A DNA stretch of 64,000 bases from Verrucomicrobiales bacterium (GCA_038210825.1 JBBQWG010000011.1:29877-93876); one strand, 5' to 3'. Counted from the first letter of the stretch, positions 17,979-28,044 are shown. A program made the numbers and translations. Notes: generated by a model not told the origin, from the letters alone.

Positions 17979-18935
17979 TCATTTCATGCGGTTATAGAGA
18001 CGCTCGACATCTTCACCGCGGCACAACTCCGTGCCTGGAGTCATCACCGCAGCGGCACCCGCAGCGACTCCGTAGCGCACGGCATCCCGCAGGCTATGGC
18101 CGCGCGCCAGGGCAAAGCCGATGCCTGCCACCATGGAATCACCGGCGCCGACGCGACTCTGCACCTCAACCTCTGGCGAGGCGAAACGCTCGCAGCCGTC
18201 AGGGGAAGCCAGCAAAACCCCATCCGCGCCCAGCGAAACCACCACGGCCACGCACCGGCCCGTTTCGACCAGATTCATGGCCGCAGCGTTCTGCTCAACC
18301 TCGGTTTTGAGATCCTGACCCGTCAAGGCCCGCATCTCGCGCAAACTTGGCTTGATGAGAAAAACTCCCGCGCGAACCGCCTCCACCAACGGCTGACCCG
18401 AGGTGTCGACGATGACGCGGGCACCCCTTTGCTGCATCGTTTTCGCGAAACGGCCGTAAAAGTCGTCCGGGATCCCCCGGGGGAGGCTCCCGCTGGCAAT
18501 GGCGAAGTCCGGCCCGAGGGAGGCGAGCGTGTCCAGAGCACTCTGCCACTCCATCTCTGAAACATCGGGACCTTGCAGAACGAAGCGGAATTGGTGACCC
18601 GTTTCCTCTTCGGTGGCGGTGAAACTCTCGCGGGTCCAACCTTGAATCGCGAGCCGCCGGGATGTCAGGCTCCCGGCGTCCAGCAATGCTTCCAGCATGT
18701 CTCCGGCCGGTCCGCCCGCGAGATAGCAGGCCAGTGACTCTCCGCCAAGCTGACAGATCGCCCGCGAAACATTCAGGCCACCCCCTCCGGGATCCCGCCG
18801 CGCAGGGCCGCAACGCATCTTGTGATCCGGAAAAATCCGGGGCACTGACGCGGCGACATCAATCGCCGGATTGAGTGTTAGAGTCACGATGCTTTGCAGG
18901 CTTTCCGTTTTCATCGGGCTTGTTTGGTTTTTCAT
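17979..18935 (-). CDS. PfkB-family sugar-phosphate kinase (1-phosphofructokinase / 6-phosphofructokinase-2 / tagatose-6-P kinase type)
   Basis: VTLTLNPAIDV..GGGGLNVSRA..; C-terminal GAGDSMVAG anion-hole/ATP motif. Likely start is ATG 18935 or 18914; the track start 19052 adds an implausible extension. Confidence 0.8.
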   Translation of the reverse strand: MKNQTSPMKTESLQSIVTLTLNPAIDVAASVPRIFPDHKMRCGPARRDPGGGGLNVSRAICQLGGESLACYLAGGPAGDMLEALLDAGSLTSRRLAIQGWTRESFTATEEETGHQFRFVLQGPDVSEMEWQSALDTLASLGPDFAIASGSLPRGIPDDFYGRFAKTMQQRGARVIVDTSGQPLVEAVRAGVFLIKPSLREMRALTGQDLKTEVEQNAAAMNLVETGRCVAVVVSLGADGVLLASPDGCERFASPEVEVQSRVGAGDSMVAGIGFALARGHSLRDAVRYGVAAGAAAVMTPGTELCRGEDVERLYNRMK

Positions 18936-19129
18936 TTGCAGGCAACCGGTCCCGCAGTGCAGGGTTTCGTAGTCTTCGAACCCTTCGCCGGCAAGGGCTC
19001 TGGTGTCGGCTCGGGTTTTTGGAGGCGAGGATCGCCATGAGGTTCCCCGCACTGCGCCGGGATCGGGGGAGCGTCTGTCATCACCTTTTCAGTTGGTCAG
19101 CCGCTATACTGTTGCGATAAATCACCAAG

Positions 19130-20893
19130 ATGGAGATCACCCTCGTCCTCGGCCTGCTCGTTCTGGCCATTGTCCTGTTCGCAATGGAGAAGTTCTCCGT
19201 CGATGTCATCACGTTGCTGCTGATCTCCACGCTGGTGCTGACCCGCGTGCTCACGCCTGCGGAAGCTTTCGCCGGATTCAGCAGCGAGATCATCATCATC
19301 CTCGGCTCGATCTTCGTGATTGGCGGCGCGCTGCGCGAGACCGGAGTGATCGACGTCGCGGGCCGGGTGGTCTTCCATCTCGCCGGGGGAAGCCCACACC
19401 GGCTGCTGGTGCTGCTGATGGGGGCCGCGAGCGCACTTTCGGCGTTCATGAATAACACCACCGTCACCGCCATGTTGCTGCCCGCCGCGAGCGGCGTCGC
19501 CCGCCGGGCGCGGGTCAACCCGTCGAAGCTGCTCATGCCGCTGGCCTTCGCCTCGATGCTGGGCGGCACCTGCACGCTGATCGGCACTTCGACTAACGTG
19601 GCGGTCAGCGGCTACATCTCCCGCTCCGGCCTCGCGCCGCTGGGACTGTTCGAGATCACGCCGATCGGTCTGATTATTTGTGCCATCGGCATCGCCTACA
19701 TGCGCTTCATCGGCCAGCGGCTGCTGCCTGATCACAAAGAAGAAAGCCTCACCACCGACTACGGCATCCGCGAATATCTCTGTGAAGTTACTGTCTTGCC
19801 CAACTCCCCGCTGATCGGCCAGAAAAGCATCGAGTGGGATTTATCGCCGCTCGATTTCCGCATCCTGAAAGTCCTGCGCGGCGAGGCTGAGTATCCGCCC
19901 GCTTCCGACGTGCGCCTCCAGCCCGGCGACACCCTTTTGATAGAGGGCAAAGTGGAAAACCTCACGAAAATCAAAACCATTGAAGGGCTTGAGATCAAGG
20001 CGGACAGTCATCCTGATGACGGCGAACTGCAAAGTGGTGACTTCCGACTGGCTGAGGTGCTGGTCACGCCGCAATCTCATCTTGCCGGCCGGACCCTGCG
20101 CCGGGCTGCTTTTCAACAGCGCTACGGCGCGACGGTCATCGCCATTTTCCACCACGGCGAATCACTGCGCGAAAGGCTCGCCGAGATCCCGCTCCGCGTG
20201 GGCGACCTGCTGCTCGTGCGTGGCCCCGGGGAGCGTGTGCAAGCGCTGCGCAACGACCCTGACCTGGCCGTGATCGGAGAGCACCGCCCTCCCGTGGAGC
20301 AGGGACGGCAAGGCCTCTACACCGTCGGGTTCTTCGCCGCCGCGCTCATCGGGGGCGGCCTGGGCTGGCTGCCTCTTTCCATCGCCTTCCTGCTCGCCGC
20401 GCTCGCCACCGTCCTCCTGCGCTGCATCAGCATCGAGCGCGCCTATGAGTTTATCGACTGGCGGCTGCTCATCCTCATCGCCGGCATGACGGCTTTCGGC
20501 ACTGCCATGGAAAAGACGGGTGCCGCCACGCTGCTGGGCCACTGGGTCGTCACCGGCCTCGCGCCGCTGGGCACGATGGCGGTCGTCACGGGCTTTTTCG
20601 TGCTGACCATCCTGCTTACCCAGCCGATGTCGAATGCCGCCGCCGCGCTCGTCGTGCTCCCGGTCGCCCTGAGCGCGGCGCGCGAGTTGGGCGTGAATGA
20701 GCGAACCTTCGCCATCTCCATCATGCTTGCCGCATCGATTTCCTTTATCGCGCCTTTTGAGCCCGCCTGCGTTCTCGTCTATGGTCCGGGCAAATACCGC
20801 TTCCTTGACTATGTAAAAACCGGCCTCGGCCTCACCCTGATCCTCTCGGTGGTCGTGCTCATGCTGCTGCCGCTCTTCTGGCCGCTTCGATAA
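19130..20893 (+). CDS. SLC13/DASS-family permease with two central TrkA-C (RCK_C) domains
   Basis: 587 aa. Two transmembrane halves carry SAFMNNTTVTAMLLP and TQPMSNAAAALVVLPV. The cytoplasmic insert has two RCK_C-like repeats (EVTVLPNSPLIGQKSIEWDL..LLIEG and EVLVTPQSHLAGRTLRR..LLVRG). Confidence 0.8.
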   Translation: MEITLVLGLLVLAIVLFAMEKFSVDVITLLLISTLVLTRVLTPAEAFAGFSSEIIIILGSIFVIGGALRETGVIDVAGRVVFHLAGGSPHRLLVLLMGAASALSAFMNNTTVTAMLLPAASGVARRARVNPSKLLMPLAFASMLGGTCTLIGTSTNVAVSGYISRSGLAPLGLFEITPIGLIICAIGIAYMRFIGQRLLPDHKEESLTTDYGIREYLCEVTVLPNSPLIGQKSIEWDLSPLDFRILKVLRGEAEYPPASDVRLQPGDTLLIEGKVENLTKIKTIEGLEIKADSHPDDGELQSGDFRLAEVLVTPQSHLAGRTLRRAAFQQRYGATVIAIFHHGESLRERLAEIPLRVGDLLLVRGPGERVQALRNDPDLAVIGEHRPPVEQGRQGLYTVGFFAAALIGGGLGWLPLSIAFLLAALATVLLRCISIERAYEFIDWRLLILIAGMTAFGTAMEKTGAATLLGHWVVTGLAPLGTMAVVTGFFVLTILLTQPMSNAAAALVVLPVALSAARELGVNERTFAISIMLAASISFIAPFEPACVLVYGPGKYRFLDYVKTGLGLTLILSVVVLMLLPLFWPLR

Positions 20894-20941
20894 GGGCGCA
20901 CTCCCATAACGGCACTTCCGGGTGGGGGCTTGATCGCAAAC

Positions 20942-21658
20942 CTATCCCCTCGGGACACCCACGGCGGTCACGACGCGGTCCCCGACTACGTCAGCCGGAC
21001 CCTCGGCGGCGACCTCGGTCAGGATTCCGCTGGAGCGGTAAAAATCCACAATAGGACCCGTCATCTCATGAAACAGGGTGATCCTGTTCCGGATGGTGTC
21101 CGGCTCGTCGTCCGTTCGGCGAAAAAGCGCTCCGCCGCAGGCGTCGCAAACGCCGGGGACGGCGGGAGGTTTGAGGGATTCATGGGAGGTGGCACCACAG
21201 GCACGGCAGGTTAGGCGCCCGGAAAGCCTGCGCACCAGCTCGTCTGCGGAAACCTGGAGCAACACGGTCCTGGTGATGATGATCCCCAACCCGGGGGCCA
21301 GATCTTGCAACGCTTCGGCCTGTGCCAGCGATCTCGGATAGCCGTCCAACACAAAACCACGCGCCTCCGGACTGGAACTGAACATTTCCCGCACCAGCTC
21401 CACTGCTATCTCATCCGGTACCAACTGACCGGCTTCGATACTGTCCCGTGAGCGCAGGCCGAGCGTGGTGGCACGGCGAATGTGATCCCGAAAATGCCCG
21501 CCCGACGACAAATGCTGGAAGCGCAGCGTCCGCGCCAACGTCTGGCCGTGCGTTCCCTTGCCCGAGCCAGGGCCACCCAGCAGCACGATGACTGGACGTG
21601 CCTCAGACTCAGAGTCTGGTGAGGTTTCATTCATGCGGGCAGATGCTTCGGTTTTCAT
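20942..21658 (-). CDS. adk: Adenylate kinase with a Zn-finger lid and an N-terminal extension
   Basis: P-loop VLLGGPGSGKGTHG, LDGYPRS, lid CRACG...CDACGG, RTDDEPDTIRNR. ATG 21658 overlaps the ATPase stop (ATGA). An alternative ATG is at 21634. Confidence 0.85.
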   Translation of the reverse strand: MKTEASARMNETSPDSESEARPVIVLLGGPGSGKGTHGQTLARTLRFQHLSSGGHFRDHIRRATTLGLRSRDSIEAGQLVPDEIAVELVREMFSSSPEARGFVLDGYPRSLAQAEALQDLAPGLGIIITRTVLLQVSADELVRRLSGRLTCRACGATSHESLKPPAVPGVCDACGGALFRRTDDEPDTIRNRITLFHEMTGPIVDFYRSSGILTEVAAEGPADVVGDRVVTAVGVPRG

Positions 21659-24390
21659 TCGACTGGCACAATCTTGCCTTTATGGCGACCGAAGCGGATC
21701 CATTTTTCCAGTTCGACGGCCCCAAATGACAGCAATGCTACGCCGCCGATCCGCAGCCAGGAGCCTGCATCAAGCAGTGCGGTGTGGAAAAGGTGCTGCA
21801 TGAAGGGTGCGTAGGTGAAGAGCAACTGCGCGCCAATCATGCCCGCCGCACCGAGGAGGGCGAGCGGATTGCTGAAAAAGCCAACGTAAAAGACGGAGTG
21901 GTTCAGCGAGCGGCAGCACATGAGGTAGGCAACTTCCACCATGACAATGACATTGACTACGGCGGTGCGGGCCTCGGCGATGGTCTCGCCACCGACATTG
22001 ATTTCGTAAAAATACAGCCAGTAGCCGCCGATGACCATGATGAGCGAGATTAGCCCGGTGCGCATGATGAGTGGAAAGGTTAGCAGCGGCAGCTTCGGAT
22101 CACGCGGCGGGCGGTCCATCAGATCCTTCTCCTTTGGTTCGAAAACCAGCATGAGGCCGAGTAGGATGGAGGTGGCCATGTTCACCCAGAGCAACTGCAC
22201 GGGCACCACGGGGAGCGCTACTCCGAGGATGATCGCAACCAGGATGATGGACCCTTCTCCGACATTGGTCGGCAGCGTCCAGACGATGAACTTGCGCAGG
22301 TTGTCAAAGACCCCGCGGCCTTCCTCGACAGCCGCCTGGATGGTCGCGAAGTTGTCGTCGGTAAGGATCATGTCCGCCGCGCCTTTTGCCACATCGGTTC
22401 CGGCGATGCCCATGGCAATGCCGATATCGGAGCGTTTCAAGGCGGGCGCGTCGTTCACGCCGTCGCCGGTCATGGCCACGACATGTCCGTGGGCCTGCAG
22501 CGCGGTGACGAGGCGCAGCTTTTGCTCCGGAGCCACCCGCGCAAAGACCTCCACGCCATGAGCGACGGCAGGCAAATCCGCATCGCTCACTTTTTCCAGA
22601 TCGCGGCCGGTCATGACCTGCACCCCGTCGTGGCCGGCGATGCCGAGTTTTTCCGCAATGGCGCGCGCGGTGATGGCGTGGTCGCCGGTGATCATTTTCA
22701 CGTTGATGCCGGCGCGGCGGCAGTTGGCGACGGCGTCGATGGCCTCCTTTCGTGGCGGGTCGATCATGCCTTGCAGGCCGAGAAAGGTGAGGCCCTCCTT
22801 CACATGCTCGTGCATGAGGTCATCGCCCGCGTGCGACGCATGAAGCCGCGCAAAACCGAGCACGCGCATGCCCTGGGCGGCGAGTTTATCGACGGTTTCG
22901 CGGATGGCGTTCTTGTCGAGAAGCGTTAGGGAGCCGTCGGCCGCGAGTGTGTCGGTGCAACGGTCCAGCAGGCGCTCCACCGCGCCCACTTTGTAAATCG
23001 TGCGCTGTCCATCGAGCGCGTGCAGCGTGGCGCGGAACATGTGTTCCGATTCAAAAGGAATCATGCCAAGGCGCGGCGACTGGTCGATCATCTCCTCGTG
23101 AATGAGGCCCGCCTTGGCCCCGGCCACGAGCATCGCGGCTTCAGTAGGATCTCCCTGCACGGCGAGGCGGCCCTCGTCGTCCTTCACGACCTGCGAATCA
23201 TTGCACAGCACACCGGCGCGCAGGCACTCCAGCAAGGCAGGATGCTGCCCGGGATCGATTTTCTGTCCGTCGAGCCGCAGCTCGCCCTGCGGATCGTAAC
23301 CACCGCCGGTGATTTCAAAGTCGCGGCCTCCGGCGAGCACATGCTGCACCGTCATCTGGTTTTCGGTCAGGGTGCCTGTTTTATCCGAGCAGATGACGGT
23401 GGTGCTGCCAAGGGTTTCGACAGCGGGAAGCTTGCGGATGATCGCACGGCGCTTCGCCATGCGGCTCACCCCGATGGCTAGCACGATGGTCACGGCGGCG
23501 GGCAGGCCCTCGGGGATTGCTCCGACGGCCAAGGCCACGGCCGCCATGAACATGTCCACCGGCGGTTCGCCACGCAGCACACCGGTGAGGAAGGCCGCAC
23601 CCGAGAGTCCGAGGATGATCCACAGCAGCAGCTTGCTGAAGGCAGTAATCTTTTGCGTCAGCGGCGTGGACAGTTCCACCGCGTCGGCAATCATCCAGGC
23701 GATGCGTCCCGTCTCGGTCTTGTCGCCCGTGGCCCAGACGAGGCCTTCCGCCATTCCGTAGGTGACTGAGGTGCCCGCGAAGGCCTGGTTCTTGCGGTCC
23801 GCCAGCACCACATCATGCGCCAGCGGATCGGCGTGTTTGTTCACGGGCACGCTCTCGCCGGTGAGGGGCGATTCATCCACTTGCAGGCTATTCACCTTGA
23901 AAAGCCGCAGGTCCGCAGGCACGCGGTCGCCGCTTTGCAGCAGCACCACATCCCCCGGCACCAACTGCGCGGAGGGCACCCGCTGGCGGCGTCCATTGCG
24001 CCGCACCGTAGCCTCGGTGACGACCATTTTGCTTAACGCCTCGACCGATTTTTCGGCCTTCGATTCCTGGATGAAGCCGATGATGGCATTCACGAGGACC
24101 ACGCCAAAGATCACGCCCGAATCCACCCACTCGTTTAAAAGCGCCGTGATGATCGACGCACCCACCAGCAGATAGACGAGTGGCTGATTGAACTGCTGGA
24201 GGAAACGCTTCCAAGCCGGGGTGCCGCCGCGCGCGCTGACAACATTGAGGCCGTATTCTTTTTGCCTTCCCGTTACTTCTGCGTTGTCGAGACCACGCTG
24301 GAGGTCGGACTGGAGAAGCTGCACCACTTCGGCTGTTTCTAGATTGTGCCAACTCGCGGCGGCGGTTGAGGATAGGGGAGATTTCATCAA
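21655..24390 (-). CDS. Cation-translocating P-type ATPase (type II, Ca2+/cation-like)
   Basis: 911 aa. TGES, IPEGLP in TM4, phosphorylation site ICSDKTGTLTENQMTV, MITGDHAITA, MTGDGVNDAPALKRSDIGIAMG. The PEGLP motif points to type II rather than MgtA-type (inference). Confidence 0.9.
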   Translation of the reverse strand: MMKSPLSSTAAASWHNLETAEVVQLLQSDLQRGLDNAEVTGRQKEYGLNVVSARGGTPAWKRFLQQFNQPLVYLLVGASIITALLNEWVDSGVIFGVVLVNAIIGFIQESKAEKSVEALSKMVVTEATVRRNGRRQRVPSAQLVPGDVVLLQSGDRVPADLRLFKVNSLQVDESPLTGESVPVNKHADPLAHDVVLADRKNQAFAGTSVTYGMAEGLVWATGDKTETGRIAWMIADAVELSTPLTQKITAFSKLLLWIILGLSGAAFLTGVLRGEPPVDMFMAAVALAVGAIPEGLPAAVTIVLAIGVSRMAKRRAIIRKLPAVETLGSTTVICSDKTGTLTENQMTVQHVLAGGRDFEITGGGYDPQGELRLDGQKIDPGQHPALLECLRAGVLCNDSQVVKDDEGRLAVQGDPTEAAMLVAGAKAGLIHEEMIDQSPRLGMIPFESEHMFRATLHALDGQRTIYKVGAVERLLDRCTDTLAADGSLTLLDKNAIRETVDKLAAQGMRVLGFARLHASHAGDDLMHEHVKEGLTFLGLQGMIDPPRKEAIDAVANCRRAGINVKMITGDHAITARAIAEKLGIAGHDGVQVMTGRDLEKVSDADLPAVAHGVEVFARVAPEQKLRLVTALQAHGHVVAMTGDGVNDAPALKRSDIGIAMGIAGTDVAKGAADMILTDDNFATIQAAVEEGRGVFDNLRKFIVWTLPTNVGEGSIILVAIILGVALPVVPVQLLWVNMATSILLGLMLVFEPKEKDLMDRPPRDPKLPLLTFPLIMRTGLISLIMVIGGYWLYFYEINVGGETIAEARTAVVNVIVMVEVAYLMCCRSLNHSVFYVGFFSNPLALLGAAGMIGAQLLFTYAPFMQHLFHTALLDAGSWLRIGGVALLSFGAVELEKWIRFGRHKGKIVPVE

Positions 24391-24543
24391 GGGGCGCGTT
24401 GGTTTGAACCATCAGGTAGGGCGGGACGGACTGCACCGCAACCTATGATGCTCCCCGGAAACCACCCCACTTTGTTTGCTTCAGAGGCGGGCGGCAGCAC
24501 TACGAATGGATTTAAGCCCTCAGGTGCCCTGGCGCGGCTTTTT

Positions 24544-26520
24544 TCACAACAGCCACCAGGCGAGTCCGAAGTAAAAGAGCAGTGTGAAAATGTCGGTCAG
24601 CGCGAGAGTAATCGGCCCGGCCGCGATTTTCGGGTCAAGACGCAAGGCATGCAGCAGCGCCGGCACGCTGAGCCCGGTGATGCAGGCTGTCACCAGCGCC
24701 AAGGCGATGCTTGTGCCGATGCTGGCCGCCACCATGGCCTCGCCACGCCACAACCACACGATGAGCGCCACGATCAGCCCGCAGCCCACACCCAGCAGCA
24801 TGGCCGTGAGGGTCTCCCGCCGCAACGCGCTGAGATACCAGGGCATCGTGGGCTTGGTGCTGCGTAACGCCTGGATAGCCACCGTCATGGACTGGATGCT
24901 CACACTTTCTCCCAAACCGAGGATCAAGGTCATGAAGAATGCCAGCACAATGCTCTTCGCCAGCGTCAATTCAAAAGTGCTGGTCAGCACCGCACACAGC
25001 GTGCCGCTGGTGATTGTAGCCAGCAGCCAGGGGAAGCGGAAGCGAAACGCGCGCACCGGCGACGCCTCCTTCACCTGGGCCACGTTGAATCCTATCGTCT
25101 CAAAAATATCTTCCAGCTGCTCACGCTCGGCGAGGTCGAAGATCTTATCGGAAAGCAGTCCCACATCCACCACGCCGATGAGACGCCCATTAGGGTCGAC
25201 GACCGGTAGAGCGAGGAATTTCCGCTTCGCAAATACCTCTGACGCCTCCAGCAGCGACTCCTCCGGGTGCAGCACCGTCAGGTTTTGGATCATGTGTGCA
25301 TCCACCAAATCTGCCAATGGAGCCGTGAGCAGCCGCCGCGTCGGGATGACACCCACCAGTCTGCCCTCCGGCCCCGTAACGTAAAAGTAAATCAGCCTCT
25401 CACCCGCGCCCACCTGTCGAATATGCTCCAGCGCATTGCCAATCGTCGCATGATGCGCCACTGCGGGGAAGTCGGTGCGCATGAGGCTGGAAACCGGCGC
25501 ACTCAGATCGATACCCGCCTTTTGCTCCTGGGCTGACTGCCTTGGCGCGGGTGTGAGGGTCTCTGCCTCGACTTCTGCCTCGTCCTCCGGCTCTTCAATG
25601 AAATGGGGTGGCGGCACCATCAGCACGGAGCACGGCACCTCGCGCAGCACGCCCTCCGCAGTGCCACCCAGCCAGGCCCTGCGCCCGCCTTGCGCGCCGT
25701 GGGTGGACATCACAATCAAGTCCACCTGCTCCCGCCGGGCCAGACGGCAAAGCGCACGGTCCGGTGTTCCTATCACAACATAAGTCTCCACGGACAAATC
25801 GACCGGCAGGCTATCCTGACGGAATGCGGCAAGCCGGTTGTCCGCCTCTTCGCGCCATATGGCTTCTGCTTGATCGCCGAAGCGGCGGTTTTCCGCCGTG
25901 CCGGGAAAGCCCCTTGGTTCCTGCACGTTCGCCAGGAGCAGTTTTGCCTCATACTGCCGTGCGATCAGCACTGCCCATGCAAACGCCGCACGTGATGCTT
26001 TTGAAAAATCCGTCGGCAGGATGATTCGGCGCGGCTCCTGTGGTCCGGAATCCTGTTCCGCGCCGACAATAAAAACCGGACAACGCGCATGACGCGCCAC
26101 CTTTTCCACCGTGCTGCCGAGAGCCTCGTGGATATAGCCACCTTCCCCGCCCGTCCGGCCCATGACCACCAAATCACAGCCCTGTTCCTGCGTGTATCGC
26201 ACGATCTCTTCAAAAGCCCGCCCTTCCACCAGGACGACCTCCGCCGTTTCTGTGCCCGTGGCATGCGCCACCGCCTCCAACTGCTGACGGACATGTTCCC
26301 GACGTTCGTTAGAGGCCTTTCCCCGGCGCAGCATGATATGGGGATCATCGGAGACGGGCTCCAGCACATGCAACAAGGTCAGCCTGGAACCGGCCAGCGC
26401 TGCCAGCGCCGCTGCGGTGCGCAATACCGTCCCTGGTGCCCGGGTCAAATCCAAAGTCACCAGCACATGCCCTGGCGCGGCGGCGGTCATGGGGGCAGGA
26501 GAAGCTTGAGGGGTGGTCAT
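24544..26520 (-). CDS. Fusion protein: two universal-stress-protein (USP) domains + CBS pair + MgtE-type divalent-cation channel domain
   Basis: 658 aa. USP 1: HVLVTLDL..LTLLHVLEP..DLVVMGRTG. USP 2: RIILPTDFS..LLLANVQEP..DLIVMSTHGAQGG..VPCSVLMV. CBS region: LIYFYVTGPEGRLVGVIPTRRLL..LALPVVDPNGRLIGVVD. MgtE TM domain: PWLLATITSG..GESVSIQSMTV..PITLALTDIFTLLFYFGLA. The start codon abuts the upstream stop (TGA then ATG at 26523-26518). Confidence 0.75.
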   Translation of the reverse strand: MTTPQASPAPMTAAAPGHVLVTLDLTRAPGTVLRTAAALAALAGSRLTLLHVLEPVSDDPHIMLRRGKASNERREHVRQQLEAVAHATGTETAEVVLVEGRAFEEIVRYTQEQGCDLVVMGRTGGEGGYIHEALGSTVEKVARHARCPVFIVGAEQDSGPQEPRRIILPTDFSKASRAAFAWAVLIARQYEAKLLLANVQEPRGFPGTAENRRFGDQAEAIWREEADNRLAAFRQDSLPVDLSVETYVVIGTPDRALCRLARREQVDLIVMSTHGAQGGRRAWLGGTAEGVLREVPCSVLMVPPPHFIEEPEDEAEVEAETLTPAPRQSAQEQKAGIDLSAPVSSLMRTDFPAVAHHATIGNALEHIRQVGAGERLIYFYVTGPEGRLVGVIPTRRLLTAPLADLVDAHMIQNLTVLHPEESLLEASEVFAKRKFLALPVVDPNGRLIGVVDVGLLSDKIFDLAEREQLEDIFETIGFNVAQVKEASPVRAFRFRFPWLLATITSGTLCAVLTSTFELTLAKSIVLAFFMTLILGLGESVSIQSMTVAIQALRSTKPTMPWYLSALRRETLTAMLLGVGCGLIVALIVWLWRGEAMVAASIGTSIALALVTACITGLSVPALLHALRLDPKIAAGPITLALTDIFTLLFYFGLAWWLL

Positions 26521-27819
26521 TCAGCAGGGTTGGCGTGTCAGAAAAACGGGAATGGTGCTGTTTGCCAGCACTTCCTGCGCGGTGGAACCAAGGAGCTTGG
26601 CAACCAACCCGGAAGACCCGTGGGTCCCAATACAGATGACGTCGGAACGGAATCGGGCGGCCAGAGTCAGGATCCCTTGCGCCGGAAGATCGTCCCGCCA
26701 GACGACGGTTTCGAAATGCACGCCACGCCCGGCGGATTCCGGCGGAATCAAAGAAACCAGACGCTCCAGGAATTCCTCCGCCGGGCCCCCGAACCGGTGC
26801 AGGACGTGAACCAGATGCACCGTGCCTCCCTCAGGGCTGATCGCGCAGGCATAACGGATAGCCACATTCGCGGCACCGGAAAAATCCGTGGGCACCAGAA
26901 TGCGGTGGGGAACCGGCAAGGGGACATCGACCACCGTGCTGAGTAGAGGAATGACCGCCACTCCCATGGGGGCGTGGCGCAGAATTTCCGTGGAGACGGA
27001 CTCACCGAAGATCCGTGAAAATCCGCTGCGCAGACGGGTGCCGACGACAAATAAATCAGCCTCCGCCATTTCAGCCATGTCGATGAGAGGGAGACCGGCA
27101 CGCCCCCAGCGGGATCGAACCAGGATCTTCAATGGCAGATCACCAAGGATCCCGGCCGCACGTTCACGCAACTCATGCTCAAGCATCACCCCGAGTTGAG
27201 GCGATTCCTCAAAAAGCGGGGCCTCGGAAAGTCCGAGCCGGAGCACCTCGTCGGAGATCCAATGCAGGTATCCGACGGTGATTTCGCAGGGTGCGATTTC
27301 CGCCAGACCTTTTACCCAGAAGAGAGGGATTTCAGTCAGGGACCCCAGACTGATGGCCACAAAGATCCGAAGGGGTTCTTTTCCCGAGAGCCAATTTTCG
27401 ATCATGCCGGCATCACGGACTACAAGGGTGGGGACTTGGGCACTTCCTGTCAGTTGTTCGATCAGGCCACCAAAAAACCACCGGGCGGGCACTTCCCGTT
27501 TCCTCTGTGAGGCCACCACGATCAGACGGACAGGCAAACGATCACAGAGGGCAAGAATGGCTTCTTCTGCTGAACCTTCGAGCAGTTGCTCCTCCACGGT
27601 CACTCCCGTTTGGCGAAGGCGCTCCGCTTCCTCACGCAGCCGGCTCCCGGCGGCCATGCGAAGGGACTCCGGAACCGCGCCGCCGCCGGCAAAGGAGACG
27701 CCGCATACGTGAGTCAGGACTAGCGTTTCTCCGGTTTTTTTGGCAATCGCCGCCGCAGCATCGCCCATCCGGAGGGAGGCATCCGAAAAATCGGTCGCAC
27801 AAAGAATTGATTTGCTCAT
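26521..27819 (-). CDS. Triple universal-stress-protein (USP) domain protein
   Basis: 432 aa with three USP-like units: ILCATDFSDAS..LVLTHV..LIVVASQ; RIFVAISL..DLFVVGTRLRSG..APMGVAVIP; RILVPTDFSGAA..VHLVHVLH..DVICIGTHGSSG..STIPVFL. Confidence 0.75.
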   Translation of the reverse strand: MSKSILCATDFSDASLRMGDAAAAIAKKTGETLVLTHVCGVSFAGGGAVPESLRMAAGSRLREEAERLRQTGVTVEEQLLEGSAEEAILALCDRLPVRLIVVASQRKREVPARWFFGGLIEQLTGSAQVPTLVVRDAGMIENWLSGKEPLRIFVAISLGSLTEIPLFWVKGLAEIAPCEITVGYLHWISDEVLRLGLSEAPLFEESPQLGVMLEHELRERAAGILGDLPLKILVRSRWGRAGLPLIDMAEMAEADLFVVGTRLRSGFSRIFGESVSTEILRHAPMGVAVIPLLSTVVDVPLPVPHRILVPTDFSGAANVAIRYACAISPEGGTVHLVHVLHRFGGPAEEFLERLVSLIPPESAGRGVHFETVVWRDDLPAQGILTLAARFRSDVICIGTHGSSGLVAKLLGSTAQEVLANSTIPVFLTRQPC

Positions 27820-28044
27820 AACTGAGGTGGAATGGCCAAGGGACGACGGGGCGCACCGGAAGCTATTCCTGCCCTACCCACAAAAGGTTGCTCTGGAAAC
27901 CGCAAAGGTCCATCCCATCCCATCCCAGCTGCGGGCATCGCCCAGGAAATGCGCTCCCACACGCCTTGGCGCAGTTGAAATTTTTGGTCCAAAACGCATC
28001 AGTAACCAATTTAATTTTTGTTTAACCCCGGAATCCCACATGAT

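Noticed and set aside
24391-24543. 153-nt spacer upstream of the P-type ATPase, considered as a possible Mg2+ (M-box) or other cation riboswitch.
   Set aside because: None of the conserved M-box sequence blocks I remember are present, and no convincing multi-helix fold or terminator/antiterminator pair is visible. The ATPase also looks type II (PEGLP) rather than MgtA-like. An Rfam scan would be decisive.
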